Of a DNA stretch of 35,439 nt, positions 26,506-35,439 are shown one piece after another; within the stretch, counting starts at the first letter, position 1, and the number at the start of each line of letters is the position of its first letter. The stretch covers positions 1 to 35,439 of the IMG/VR virus record IMGVR_UViG_3300027991_000003; one strand, written 5' to 3'. This DNA comes from a virus (lineage: Duplodnaviria > Caudoviricetes). Under the pieces are notes generated by a model. That model did not search any database. It saw only the letters and a program-made list of their open reading frames with translations, and was not told the origin of the DNA. The translations under genes were made by a program, and so were the position numbers.

Positions 26506-27990
26506 CTATATTAGAGTTGCTAAAGCGGTTTCTGTTGTGACGTTATGGCCTGATGATGAACCTGAGAAGGCTATAAAGGCGTAATTGAGAGTCCCTGCTC
26601 CTGTAAGTACATTTGTATTGCTGCTTTCACATGTGCAATTTGTCATTGTAATGGCTGTGCCAGCACCTATTGAAACACATGAGGAAGTACCGCTATAAAA
26701 AGCACAGTTTATTAGCTTGTTATTCGTTGCCGTTCCAGCCGTCGTGATTAAAAGATCGTTAGCAGCAGATGGTAAAAAGCCAAATTGACTACCATATGCA
26801 AAAATAACGCCTGTTGAGGAAGTTGTGATAGGAAATGCCATTTGTGTATTAAATAAGCTAACTGTGCCTGCTGACGTTGTTGACGCAGAATAGCCCCCCC
26901 CTCCAGTCGCTTTAAATATACAATTTTGAAAAGTGATATTTCCATTTGTTGTAGTGAAAAGAGAGTTAGCTCCTGCTAAGGTAGAATAGCACCCATTTAA
27001 ATTAACGTTTGTTGTTGAAGAACCCGTTATCGCTATACCTGTTCCATCTAATGCACCTATAGCACAATTATTAATCATAACATTTGTATTATTGCCAGTT
27101 ACAGATAAACACGCTGAACCATTTGTAAACAAACCGAACCCTGTAAATCCGACTTTAATATCATTTGATGAAATTGATAAAGTCCCTGCAATTTGAGGTA
27201 ACTGGTTAAATGAACTTGTTATCGTTTGAAATGAAAAAAATTGAAGACTTTTATTAATCGTAATATTTTCTACATAGTTGCCAGGTTTAACGAAAATCAC
27301 ATCCCCAGATGAAGCCGCAGCAATGGCTCCTGCTATCGTTTGATGTGTTCCGCGATTAGCTGTTGGATCTACTATCCATTTAGAACAATTGATCGATGTT
27401 ATAGTGAGCGTAGATCCTGAACCGCTAGTGGTTGAAGCGTTCAATCCTGCTGAAAGATTCCCACCAAAGATATTCCAATTCCCTGCGGATGGTGGTAATG
27501 GGCCACCTGTGTCACCTGTAATCGTAAGTCCTACAGCTCCCGATAAGGACACAAAAGCATTAGGATCAACTGTAAAATGATTAGAATTGAAGTGCGATAC
27601 TCCGTTATCTCCGATCGTTGAAGCAAGAACTGCTTGCGAACGTTGAACTTCTATGGTGTAAGTATTTGCTGCAAGCGAATCGGTTCTTATGACATTGGTC
27701 GTTGTGCCAGCTGCTACTTGACCGCCTGTGACAGTAATTTGCTTTGCGCCATTTGGAACCACGGGATTTGTTCCAGGAGCTGTATGCGCATCAACAATGA
27801 ATTCTTCCGTGCCACCAACACCGCTACCATCAATCGTTACTGTATTTCCTGAACCGCTTGTAGTGATTCCTCCTGCGCCAAAAATATTTAGTGTATTAGC
27901 AATAGGAATCGCAAAACCAACATCTTCGACGAAAAGCGTTGGAATCTGAGGGTTGTTATCTATGACATCTAAGATCCCTGCCTGTGACAT
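26506..27990 (-). CDS. Tail spike with pectin-lyase-like right-handed beta helix
   Basis: THQTIAGAIAAASSGDVIFVKPGNYVENITI cap followed by parallel beta-helix rungs (INNC, LNGC, FQNC, LINC, MTNC). Confidence 0.8.
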   Translation of the reverse strand: MSQAGILDVIDNNPQIPTLFVEDVGFAIPIANTLNIFGAGGITTSGSGNTVTIDGSGVGGTEEFIVDAHTAPGTNPVVPNGAKQITVTGGQVAAGTTTNVIRTDSLAANTYTIEVQRSQAVLASTIGDNGVSHFNSNHFTVDPNAFVSLSGAVGLTITGDTGGPLPPSAGNWNIFGGNLSAGLNASTTSGSGSTLTITSINCSKWIVDPTANRGTHQTIAGAIAAASSGDVIFVKPGNYVENITINKSLQFFSFQTITSSFNQLPQIAGTLSISSNDIKVGFTGFGLFTNGSACLSVTGNNTNVMINNCAIGALDGTGIAITGSSTTNVNLNGCYSTLAGANSLFTTTNGNITFQNCIFKATGGGGYSASTTSAGTVSLFNTQMAFPITTSSTGVIFAYGSQFGFLPSAANDLLITTAGTATNNKLINCAFYSGTSSCVSIGAGTAITMTNCTCESSNTNVLTGAGTLNYAFIAFSGSSSGHNVTTETALATLI

Positions 27991-28667
27991 GATAGTTCCT
28001 CTATTTTTTTATTTGCATTTTCAGATCGTGTCCAGAGTGCTTCAAGTGTCTTTTCAATGACCATGTGCGAATTTTTTATCAGGCGCATCTCTCTTAAAAT
28101 TCCTTGACCATCAATGCGGTTTGCTTCGATCTTACTTTCTATTTCTTGTTTTACTTCTGTGGCTTTACAAGGCTGTTCTGACAACTCTTTTTTGAATGCA
28201 GATAGATTTTCAGAAGATTTTCTTATAGCCATTCCGATGCGATCATGGACAGTGAGGATTTCATTTTCAGTTTTCTTGTAAAGCTGTTTTACATCCGTTT
28301 CAAGAGAATCTATACGCCATATGTTTTTTTCAAGATCATCGAGTTTAGATTTTAAGCGTAAAACCGCTGCTGAGAATTGTGTGCCGTTATCCCGAATTAG
28401 ATTCTCTATATCATTAGCTCTTCGAGTGATAGATTCTTTGAAATGCTTGAAATCCTGAGAAATTTCGGAGCATTTTGTAGCCTGGTGAAAAACCTCTGTG
28501 ACTGTGGAATTGCAATGGATCTCTAAACTTTTTCCAAATTCCACAAGATCTCTTTTCATTTTATCCAGTGCGACATGAGATGCTAAGATTTGATCGTTAT
28601 GATTGACGATTTCTTGTTTTACAAGATCCTGAAACTGTTCGACCAAATCTTTTCTTTTTAACATCAA
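27969..28667 (-). CDS. Coiled-coil protein
   Basis: 232 aa, heptad-rich, coupled to neighbours. Confidence 0.7.
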   Translation of the reverse strand: MMLKRKDLVEQFQDLVKQEIVNHNDQILASHVALDKMKRDLVEFGKSLEIHCNSTVTEVFHQATKCSEISQDFKHFKESITRRANDIENLIRDNGTQFSAAVLRLKSKLDDLEKNIWRIDSLETDVKQLYKKTENEILTVHDRIGMAIRKSSENLSAFKKELSEQPCKATEVKQEIESKIEANRIDGQGILREMRLIKNSHMVIEKTLEALWTRSENANKKIEELSCHRQGS

Positions 28668-28993
28668 TAGATGATCTCTATATAAACCGCCCCAGAAACA
28701 GGAGCGGTTAGTTGTCTTACCGAAAACTGCGTCTCAAGTGGAAGCACAAAACTGTCATCAAACTGAGGATTAATGTTGGATTGAATATCCCATAGCTTGA
28801 AAGATCCGGCTGCTACAAAGATCTTATCGGTCACCCCATCATCTGTGAATATGACATCACCCTGTGTATGGTTTGTAAAGCAGACAGCGCGTCCTCTAAA
28901 AAGGAGCGGGCCACCTACAGGCGCAAACGCTCCCGATATTCCCCCAAATGCTAAAGATCTCAATACATCAAAAAATGCTCTGGCTTGTGACAT
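28664..28993 (-). CDS. Small beta-sandwich putative virion protein
   Basis: LRSLAFGGISG...FTNHTQGDVIF...GAVYIEIIY. Confidence 0.7.
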   Translation of the reverse strand: MSQARAFFDVLRSLAFGGISGAFAPVGGPLLFRGRAVCFTNHTQGDVIFTDDGVTDKIFVAAGSFKLWDIQSNINPQFDDSFVLPLETQFSVRQLTAPVSGAVYIEIIY

Positions 28994-29007
28994 CTAAATA
29001 CCTATTT

Positions 29008-29223
29008 TTATGATTCTTCGGACGAGCTTTTCTCTTTTATCATTTCTGTTGTCGCTACCTCTTCTTGGTGAATCTTTGTCATGCGATCAATCACCCAGCC
29101 TTTTTGCTGCATGAGCGCATCATGGATATCACCTAGAGCGCAATCATTTTCACAATAAAGATCTATGATTTTTCCGTCTTTTTGGTAGCGAATTCGTGAT
29201 ATTTGTTTTACTTCGATTGTCAT
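29008..29223 (-). CDS. Hypothetical protein
   Basis: AAGGAG RBS, 71 aa. Confidence 0.7.
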   Translation of the reverse strand: MTIEVKQISRIRYQKDGKIIDLYCENDCALGDIHDALMQQKGWVIDRMTKIHQEEVATTEMIKEKSSSEES

Positions 29224-29238
29224 GTTTAAACTCCTTTT

Positions 29239-29287
29239 TAGCCATCATAGGCAAATTTATACTATGATGGCTATATAACAAAGTCAA
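29239..29287 (-). promoter_or_regulatory. Sigma70-like promoter embedded in a perfect 12-bp inverted repeat
   Basis: TTGACT (29287-29282), 17-nt spacer, TAGTAT (29264-29259); arms TAGCCATCATAG (29239-29250) and CTATGATGGCTA (29262-29273). Confidence 0.6.
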
Positions 29288-29301
29288 GCTTTGGAACACC
29301 A

Positions 29302-31725
29302 TTAAAACTGACGAATGATGAAATATGCGTAGGTTGACACGTCGCCGGTCTGAACTGAACCAGGCGTGCCAATTATAACACTGTTCACCGTAAAGCTAGT
29401 CGCATTGATGATGGTATATGTCAGCTCTCCAAGCGTTGTTGACGCTGCAACACCTATTCTTGTCAGAAGGATAATATCCCCTGTCGCAATGTTGGTATTA
29501 GCAATAGTCTGAGTACCCGCAGTAAGAACACCTGTTCCGATGAAGTCAGTAACCGCTCCACCGTTAACGAGAAGTGTTTTAGCAACCGATGCAATGACCA
29601 AATGACCGCCAGTTGCATTGATATTTCCTGAACCAGCATTCAGAGTGAGAGTAGAGGTAGTATTTGTTGAACCGAGAGATACCGTTTTGGCTCCTGCCCC
29701 AGTTGCAATTTGCACCGTTTGTGCGCCAGTTCCATCAACGATACGTACAAGACCTGCTCCTGCGGCTGTCGATCCTATTGTCAGCGTTCCAGACGTTTGC
29801 GCATCGCCAATTGTGATGTTACCTGTTGTCATCGCATGGGCAATGGATACAGAACCGCCAGTTTGTGTATTTGCAATGGCGACAGTGTTTGCGCCGCTTC
29901 CACCTATTGTGATAGTGGAAACTGCGCTTCCTGTGGCGATGTTAACCGCTTGCGTTGTACCTGTGCTATTTCCAGTCAAAAGATTATAAGTGTAGGTTCC
30001 AGCAGTTCCAACGCCTGTCATCACATTCAATGTCATGCTAGCTGCTGGTGTTGCACCTGCTAGGATGTTTACGACATTAGTTCCTGCAATAGATGCGCCA
30101 GAATTGATAGAAACGGTCTGACCTGTGGCATTTGTTGCTTGGCCTATTGTGATCGTCCCTGTGCCTGCTGTGCCACCCAATGTTATTGTTCCACTGGTTA
30201 GCGCATTACCAAGAGCAATCGATCCAGTTGTCTGAGTATTACCGATCGTGATGACGTTAGCAGCAGTACCGCCAATTGCGATCGTTTTGACACCAGTTGC
30301 GCCTGTTCCGATATTAATCGCATAAGCTCCCGTTCCTGTGCAAAGATTCAACGTCTCTGTACCACCGCTTGAGTTTCCTGATAGAACGTTTACGGCATGT
30401 GTTCCCGCTGTCATCGCTCCGGCCATCAAATTGATGGTTGAGTTTTGCGCAGTAGCTCCATTATTAATACTTGTGACGTTAGCCGCTCCTGTTCCACCAC
30501 CGATAAGGGTAGTAGAAGCACCTGCGCCACCTTGGATGGTCACGGTAGATGTCGCTGAAGAACTTCCCAAAGTGATAGTTGCCCCTGCTTGCGCTGTGCC
30601 CCCGATCACTATTGTTCCTGAAGTGGTGCTTGCGCCAATTGAGTAAGTTGATCCTGCAACACCATCGAGCACAAAGTTTCCAGAACCAACGCTAATAACA
30701 GTTCCAGAAACTCCCGTTGTATTTCCGATGGTGATGACTTTAGCGATTGTGTTTCCGATATCAATCGGCCCTGTTCCTGAATCGATTACGACAGCGGTTG
30801 CTCCGGTCTGATTTCCAATGGTGATATTTTGCGCAATCGCATTTGTTCCTATATCAATTCCAGCAGTTCCAGAATTGATAACAACATGAGTTGCCGATGT
30901 GCTATTACCTAAAGTAATTACTCGTTGAGCAGCTCCGGTACCGATATTTATATTTTGAGCATCCCCATCATTACCTATTCCAATTGTTCCGCCATCTGAG
31001 TTAATAGTGATGGCTGTCTGAGCGTCAACAACAACGCCATGGCCTGAAGTTAGAGTAATATCACCCGCACCTGTTGTATTGACCGCTAATCCATTTGTTC
31101 CAGTGTTTACAGTGACTCCGGTAGTCGATGTAACGTTACCTATTGTGATTGCGCGGGCTGCGGCTCCGGTTCCGACATTCACCGCGCCTGTCGAAGCATC
31201 AGCACCAAGATTAAGAGCTGTTGCGCCTGTGGCAATCGTTGCGCTTGCATCACCTGTGATTAATCCTGTGAAATGCCCTGTAGTTCCAACAACGGCGGTA
31301 AAGGTTCCTGCAGCAGGGGTTGTTGAACCAATTGCAGGAGGTGCAGCTAGGACATCGAAAACTTTTAGAGGTGTCATAGCAGTATTATCATTGACTCCGG
31401 CTACTGCTTCCGCTGCAGTTGATAGTTTACCTATGCCTGAGACTGTTTCAGACCATGCAGGAGCACCAGCAATCGCCAAAGCATCGGCATAAGCTTTTGT
31501 GGCTACTGGTTCACTATTGTCTGTAAGTGTAACCGTTCCAAATACTGCTGTAGTCGCATGAGGAGTTAATACCGAGGCTGCACCAGCAAGGGTAGCAGGA
31601 GAGATAATTAGATCTTCTGAGGTTCCCGCATCTGCTTCTGCTTGTGTTGCAAAACGGCCATCGCCAGTTTGTTGTTGTGTTCCTTGTCTACCTGTATAAC
31701 TCGTCGGACGTGCAAATTTTGGCAT
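29302..31725 (-). CDS. Long tail fibre, Gly/Thr/Ala-rich beta-solenoid
   Basis: N-terminal fibre repeats ATQAEADAGTSEDLIISP / STAAEAVAGVNDNTAMTP, then many xIxIGxxxx repeats; GGGAGG RBS. Confidence 0.8.
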   Translation of the reverse strand: MPKFARPTSYTGRQGTQQQTGDGRFATQAEADAGTSEDLIISPATLAGAASVLTPHATTAVFGTVTLTDNSEPVATKAYADALAIAGAPAWSETVSGIGKLSTAAEAVAGVNDNTAMTPLKVFDVLAAPPAIGSTTPAAGTFTAVVGTTGHFTGLITGDASATIATGATALNLGADASTGAVNVGTGAAARAITIGNVTSTTGVTVNTGTNGLAVNTTGAGDITLTSGHGVVVDAQTAITINSDGGTIGIGNDGDAQNINIGTGAAQRVITLGNSTSATHVVINSGTAGIDIGTNAIAQNITIGNQTGATAVVIDSGTGPIDIGNTIAKVITIGNTTGVSGTVISVGSGNFVLDGVAGSTYSIGASTTSGTIVIGGTAQAGATITLGSSSATSTVTIQGGAGASTTLIGGGTGAANVTSINNGATAQNSTINLMAGAMTAGTHAVNVLSGNSSGGTETLNLCTGTGAYAINIGTGATGVKTIAIGGTAANVITIGNTQTTGSIALGNALTSGTITLGGTAGTGTITIGQATNATGQTVSINSGASIAGTNVVNILAGATPAASMTLNVMTGVGTAGTYTYNLLTGNSTGTTQAVNIATGSAVSTITIGGSGANTVAIANTQTGGSVSIAHAMTTGNITIGDAQTSGTLTIGSTAAGAGLVRIVDGTGAQTVQIATGAGAKTVSLGSTNTTSTLTLNAGSGNINATGGHLVIASVAKTLLVNGGAVTDFIGTGVLTAGTQTIANTNIATGDIILLTRIGVAASTTLGELTYTIINATSFTVNSVIIGTPGSVQTGDVSTYAYFIIRQF

Positions 31726-31833
31726 ATAGCCTCCCCTTTTTATTTCATCCTAAGAAATCCTTTTTATTATTTAAATTTTAATCGTTAGTAAATAACATTT
31801 TGGTATGTAATTGCCATACAATCCAGGAGGAAG

Positions 31834-31980
31834 ATGCCTAAAATAAATCTGCATATTTCTGAGCACCTTATGATCGAAATTAAGATTATGGCTGTTTTGA
31901 CAAAGAAATCGATGAGCGAATTTATAAGATTAGCTTTACAAGACAAAATTCGTCAGTTAAAGGAGAAAAAAGTGAATTGA
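31834..31980 (+). CDS. Ribbon-helix-helix (CopG/Arc-like) protein, 48 aa (not in ORF track)
   Basis: AGGAGG RBS; MPKINLHISEHLMIEIKIMAVLTKKSMSEFIRLALQDKI fits the RHH strand-helix-helix pattern. Confidence 0.8.
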   Translation: MPKINLHISEHLMIEIKIMAVLTKKSMSEFIRLALQDKIRQLKEKKVN

Positions 31981-32036
31981 ACGTATAAAAATTCATTCAT
32001 GTTTAGAATAATACAGTGGTCTGTTAATCTATTGTC

Positions 32037-32405
32037 ATGATTGATATAAAAGGTAAAGGTTCTGTAGGTTTGGCTATCGCTTACTACTCTCTTAGAGGGA
32101 AAGTAAGCATACCATTAGAATCTTGCAGTTACAATTTATTATTTGATAATGATACTTCAATAAGTAGAATTAAGGTTATTTCTTGCTGCTACAAAACAAA
32201 ATACGGAGTTTACACGGTTTCTATAAAAACTATGGGCGCATACACTAACAAGAATTTCGATGAAAATTCCTGTGATTTTGTTTTTATAGCAACTAAAGAG
32301 CTTGATTTATTTGAGATACCAGCAAAAGAAATTACTTCAAAGAGGGCAATTTCTTTACAATCTTATGCGAAATACAAAGTTTTTATGAACCATATTCCGA
32401 GTTAG
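32037..32405 (+). CDS. Group I intron-associated-type PD-(D/E)XK nuclease homologue, apparently degenerate
   Basis: KG..GLAIAYY...VSIPL...YNLLFD...RIKVIS...CDFVFI...FEIP pattern; the usual YD and QVK residues read YN and KVI. Confidence 0.6.
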   Translation: MIDIKGKGSVGLAIAYYSLRGKVSIPLESCSYNLLFDNDTSISRIKVISCCYKTKYGVYTVSIKTMGAYTNKNFDENSCDFVFIATKELDLFEIPAKEITSKRAISLQSYAKYKVFMNHIPS

Positions 32406-32467
32406 CTCAGCGGTAGAGCAGCGCACTGTTAATGCGTTTGTCGTAGGTTCGATCCCTACACTCGGAG
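32396..32467 (+). tRNA. tRNA-Asn (GTT), CCA not encoded
   Basis: Cloverleaf: TCCGAGT/ACTCGGA acceptor, GCTC/GAGC D-arm, GCGCA-CTGTTAA-TGCGT anticodon arm, GTAGG-TTCGATC-CCTAC T-arm, G discriminator. Confidence 0.96.
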
Positions 32468-32492
32468 TTTTTAAAAATCAAAGGTGAGCACT

Positions 32493-32630
32493 ATGAATCA
32501 AATACTATGTTATGCAGGTGGAGCAATAATCATTTGGATAATTACTAAATATTTTCAGGATATAGCTAAGAAAGCGGCAAAAGAACAAGTAAATGAAATG
32601 CTTCAGAAAGAGCGTGAACGCATTCGTTAA
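32493..32630 (+). CDS. 45-aa membrane-anchored peptide (not in ORF track)
   Basis: MNQILCYAGGAIIIWIITKYFQDIAKKAAKEQVNEMLQKERERIR; AAGGTG RBS; convergent with the ejection gene. Confidence 0.65.
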   Translation: MNQILCYAGGAIIIWIITKYFQDIAKKAAKEQVNEMLQKERERIR

Positions 32631-32631
32631 A

Positions 32632-34788
32632 TTACTGAGGCTGTTCCTTTTCCTGTGCGTTGATCGCTTCCTTGTACACGTTCATATATGGTTTGAATTC
32701 CAAGGCTATCTTTTGCATTCTTGCAGGTGAATTCTGGCCAGTAGCTAATATTGCCTCTTCAACGAGACTAAGGAATTTAGGATCAGAGATAAGCTTGCTG
32801 AATGCTCTAGTTGCTAAAATACCGCCGCCAGTTTTTGCCAATGGCCAAAAGTTACCTGACATGATGTAACCTAAATCGGTTAAAAATTTTACTGCAATAG
32901 CCGTATCAACAGCAACGGTACCCGATTTTGAAGCATTGTAAAATTTGTCTGCGGAGCTAGCGAGCCTTCCAGCATTTTTCTGTAGCCTTTCTAATTTTGA
33001 AAACTGCTGATTTCCTAAAATTTCACGTATGATTTCTCTATTTTTTCCTTTCTCTAGCAATTTAGAGAATGTTCCAAGTTTAGCTTGTTGAGTGGTGCTA
33101 TCGATCATGTTGTTCGTGATAACCTGATCCAATTTCGCACGCTTAATATTTTGAAAAGCTTCTCTACCTTCCGCTGTTCCTTTCAGGATTTTTTCAACTT
33201 CTCTTATCCCCTGCACCGTGTTCATTTTATTGATGATGTTGGAAGTATCTGAGGTTAAAAGAATCTGCTGTGCATTTTTGTTCCTAAACGTCTTAGCGTG
33301 TTGGCTAAATCTTTTATTTGCTTCTACGTAATTTTTTGCAAATTTAGGGTTGGCTCTGCCATATGAAATAATTGCTCGATCAAGATCACCGACGATACCC
33401 TTTAACAGTTGTTTGGTACCGCCTTGAACCTCATAATTTATAATGTCATTGAGAGCGATTTTGTTATTTATCAAGTCTTTAACGGAAGCCGCTTTTAAAT
33501 TCCCTTCTGCATCAAAAATGTCTTTTTTTAGATCATTGATGCGATTCAATACTGTCTGTTGCTCTACGGATTTAATCTGACCAGGAGCTAGTTCTTTTTC
33601 GATTCTCTCTATTGATTTTGCCAAAGCTTGAGAATTTACCTTTGCATCTTCGGCTAAAGAACCCATCGCTGTTTTATAAAGCTCTCTCGTTGCCGATAAA
33701 TCAATGTCTCTGTTTGCTTTAGCGACATCACGGACATATTCCCCTATCTCATGGGTAGAGTTGAATCTAGACTTGCCTAAAGTATCGGCAATGTTATGGT
33801 ATTCAGTGGAAATTTGCTTTGTCAGGTTATTTCTAAAATCATCTAACGCTTTCCCAGTTAGACCAGAAGATGCAAGTCTCGCCTGTACCATTTTAAGTAG
33901 ATTACTCTCAGTGATAGTACCGATATCGGCTTGAATACCCGCATTTCTAAAATCTTTGATGATCTGCTGTTGAAGCGCGATTTTATCCTTCGGAGTGAAT
34001 GCAGCAGCGACTTTTGCAGCCGTTTCTTTGGGATTTTTTACTGCATTGATGACTTTAGGGCCGACATGCTTACCAAGTGACTTAACTCCCAATGTCCCTA
34101 GATCAGTCGCAACGACAGCGGCCATTGTACCCATAGGGCCGAATTCTCCATCTTCAGCTAATTCTAAAGCAGTTCCTACAGTCAATCCACGAGCTAATTC
34201 TGTCTTTGTAGGCGTAAGAGCTTTTGAAACATCGGCAACTTTGACACCGCTTTTCAAAACTTTAGGCAGTTGTTTCAATCCATTGATAAATCCTGTAAAA
34301 GATGCGCCTTTTTCTAAAATGCCTTCTGGTTTTGTTTCATAGCCAGTAAATGACTTTATCGCCCCTCTAACGCTCAAATCAATCGGCTTATATTTTTCTC
34401 TCAATTTTTCAGGATTTTTCAACAATTCTCTGATGTCTTGAGCTTTTTTTCGATCTTCCTCATTAACTTCCGTTTTTCCTGCATTTTTCTGAACAAGATC
34501 CATTAGCTCTTCTGTAGCTTTGACTTTTGGATCGAAGTTTTTGTTCAACCCATAATTGGCAACAGCACCAGCCACTTCAAACGGCCATAGAATATTTTCA
34601 ATCGCTCCAATTGCAAATTGCATGGGAACGCGTAAAGCTTTTTCGACTAAACCTTTCTCTTCTTTTCTCTTAAATTGAGATAAATCGATCGTCTGCTGAG
34701 GTTGCGTCTTCCCAACATCCATTTGCGAATTAGGATTGTTTCCTTGCGGAGGACGTTTAAATTGAGATAGGTCTAGTGGTGCTGTCAT
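32632..34788 (-). CDS. Large ejection / DNA transfer protein
   Basis: 718 aa, helical and Lys/Ala-rich; last gene of the virion operon; duplicated N-terminal (L/I)DLSQFKR; ATGA-coupled. Confidence 0.7.
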   Translation of the reverse strand: MTAPLDLSQFKRPPQGNNPNSQMDVGKTQPQQTIDLSQFKRKEEKGLVEKALRVPMQFAIGAIENILWPFEVAGAVANYGLNKNFDPKVKATEELMDLVQKNAGKTEVNEEDRKKAQDIRELLKNPEKLREKYKPIDLSVRGAIKSFTGYETKPEGILEKGASFTGFINGLKQLPKVLKSGVKVADVSKALTPTKTELARGLTVGTALELAEDGEFGPMGTMAAVVATDLGTLGVKSLGKHVGPKVINAVKNPKETAAKVAAAFTPKDKIALQQQIIKDFRNAGIQADIGTITESNLLKMVQARLASSGLTGKALDDFRNNLTKQISTEYHNIADTLGKSRFNSTHEIGEYVRDVAKANRDIDLSATRELYKTAMGSLAEDAKVNSQALAKSIERIEKELAPGQIKSVEQQTVLNRINDLKKDIFDAEGNLKAASVKDLINNKIALNDIINYEVQGGTKQLLKGIVGDLDRAIISYGRANPKFAKNYVEANKRFSQHAKTFRNKNAQQILLTSDTSNIINKMNTVQGIREVEKILKGTAEGREAFQNIKRAKLDQVITNNMIDSTTQQAKLGTFSKLLEKGKNREIIREILGNQQFSKLERLQKNAGRLASSADKFYNASKSGTVAVDTAIAVKFLTDLGYIMSGNFWPLAKTGGGILATRAFSKLISDPKFLSLVEEAILATGQNSPARMQKIALEFKPYMNVYKEAINAQEKEQPQ

Positions 34789-35439
34789 TTTAACCCCTGT
34801 GCTTTTGCCTGTTCGACTAAATGAGAGGGAATATCATAAACTGTTCCTTCAGCATCGCGCATCTCAATCGGTTTATTGTTAGAGCCTATGCTTTGAGGAA
34901 ATGGAACTTTAGCATTGGTTTGACCAGGAACCTGCCCCGATTGCAGCATTCCCCTTAAACCTTCGATCTTTCCCTTGATCTTAGCTTCACTGTCATTGTA
35001 TTTGGGCATAAAATCTTCCATGACAATAAGAAATTCTTTCTCTGTCATACCACGAGGGAAAAGTTGTTTGAAGAGTGGAAGCACAGCCGCTTTAGTGCTT
35101 TCAAATTTACCTTTATTGCTCAAAGCCTCTTTGCTTAATCCTTTAAAATTTGCGTTTAGTAAGCCGATACCTGGTTTACCAATAAGTGATTCAAGCTGAT
35201 CCAAAGCTTTTGCTGCACCCTCAGTATTCGCAGCACCCTTTCCTAGCTTACCTTTAATAATCTCTTTCTGAATGCCCACATCAAGATTAGCAAGTGAAGG
35301 TTCTAAACCTTGTTTTTGCAATGCCTCTTCAGTTTGCTTTTGCTTCATCTGTGAAACTTTGCCTTGAAGCAAGGAAACAGCCTGTTGTTGATTTTGTGGC
35401 GATACACTCCTCAAAATGGCGTACATAGCATTATTTACA
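34785..35439 (-). CDS. 3' part of the ejection protein whose start is at 438
   Basis: Open frame runs through the terminal repeat. Confidence 0.75.
   Translation of the reverse strand, partial: VNNAMYAILRSVSPQNQQQAVSLLQGKVSQMKQKQTEEALQKQGLEPSLANLDVGIQKEIIKGKLGKGAANTEGAAKALDQLESLIGKPGIGLLNANFKGLSKEALSNKGKFESTKAAVLPLFKQLFPRGMTEKEFLIVMEDFMPKYNDSEAKIKGKIEGLRGMLQSGQVPGQTNAKVPFPQSIGSNNKPIEMRDAEGTVYDIPSHLVEQAKAQGLK
35136..35439. repeat. Terminal direct repeat, right copy
   Basis: Matches 1-304 with 12 mismatches. Confidence 0.97.

Noticed and set aside
32396-32467. tRNA as an attP integration site
   Set aside because: No integrase is recognisable nearby or elsewhere, and I saw no duplicated tRNA 3' fragment.
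859-35199. Many antisense or nested ORFs in the track (e.g. 1511-1828, 9132-9518, 16213-16566, 29618-29989, 31079-31492, 33995-34342)
   Set aside because: Shadow frames of well-supported genes on the opposite strand, with no recognisable motifs.
1-35439. Genome-wide TAG recoding
   Set aside because: Several genes end in TAG followed directly by an RBS and next start; only one internal TAG was found and there is no suppressor tRNA.

Overview
The window is one apparently complete ~35.1 kb tailed-phage genome of podovirus type. Bases 1-304 recur at 35136-35439, giving a unit length of 35135 bp. The minus strand carries a Cro-like HTH, small early genes, TerS/TerL, a P22-like portal, scaffold, an N4-gp56-like capsid, tail adaptor/nozzle, three ejection-type proteins (one crossing the join), three large fibres/spikes and a glycosyltransferase. 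The plus strand carries Bet/YqaJ recombination genes, a SpoVG-like protein, a replication initiator with an internal origin-like repeat, accessory membrane peptides and an RHH / degenerate PD-(D/E)XK / tRNA-Asn cassette. I recognise no integrase, CI repressor, partition ATPase or endolysin. The most striking signal is a 28-bp dif-like XerC/XerD site (14003-14030) whose XerD arm contains the stop codon of a stand-alone FtsK-gamma-like mini-protein (14020-14193). This suggests a tailed phage that exploits host XerCD using its own activator. All family calls are by-eye motif recognition; no searches were run.
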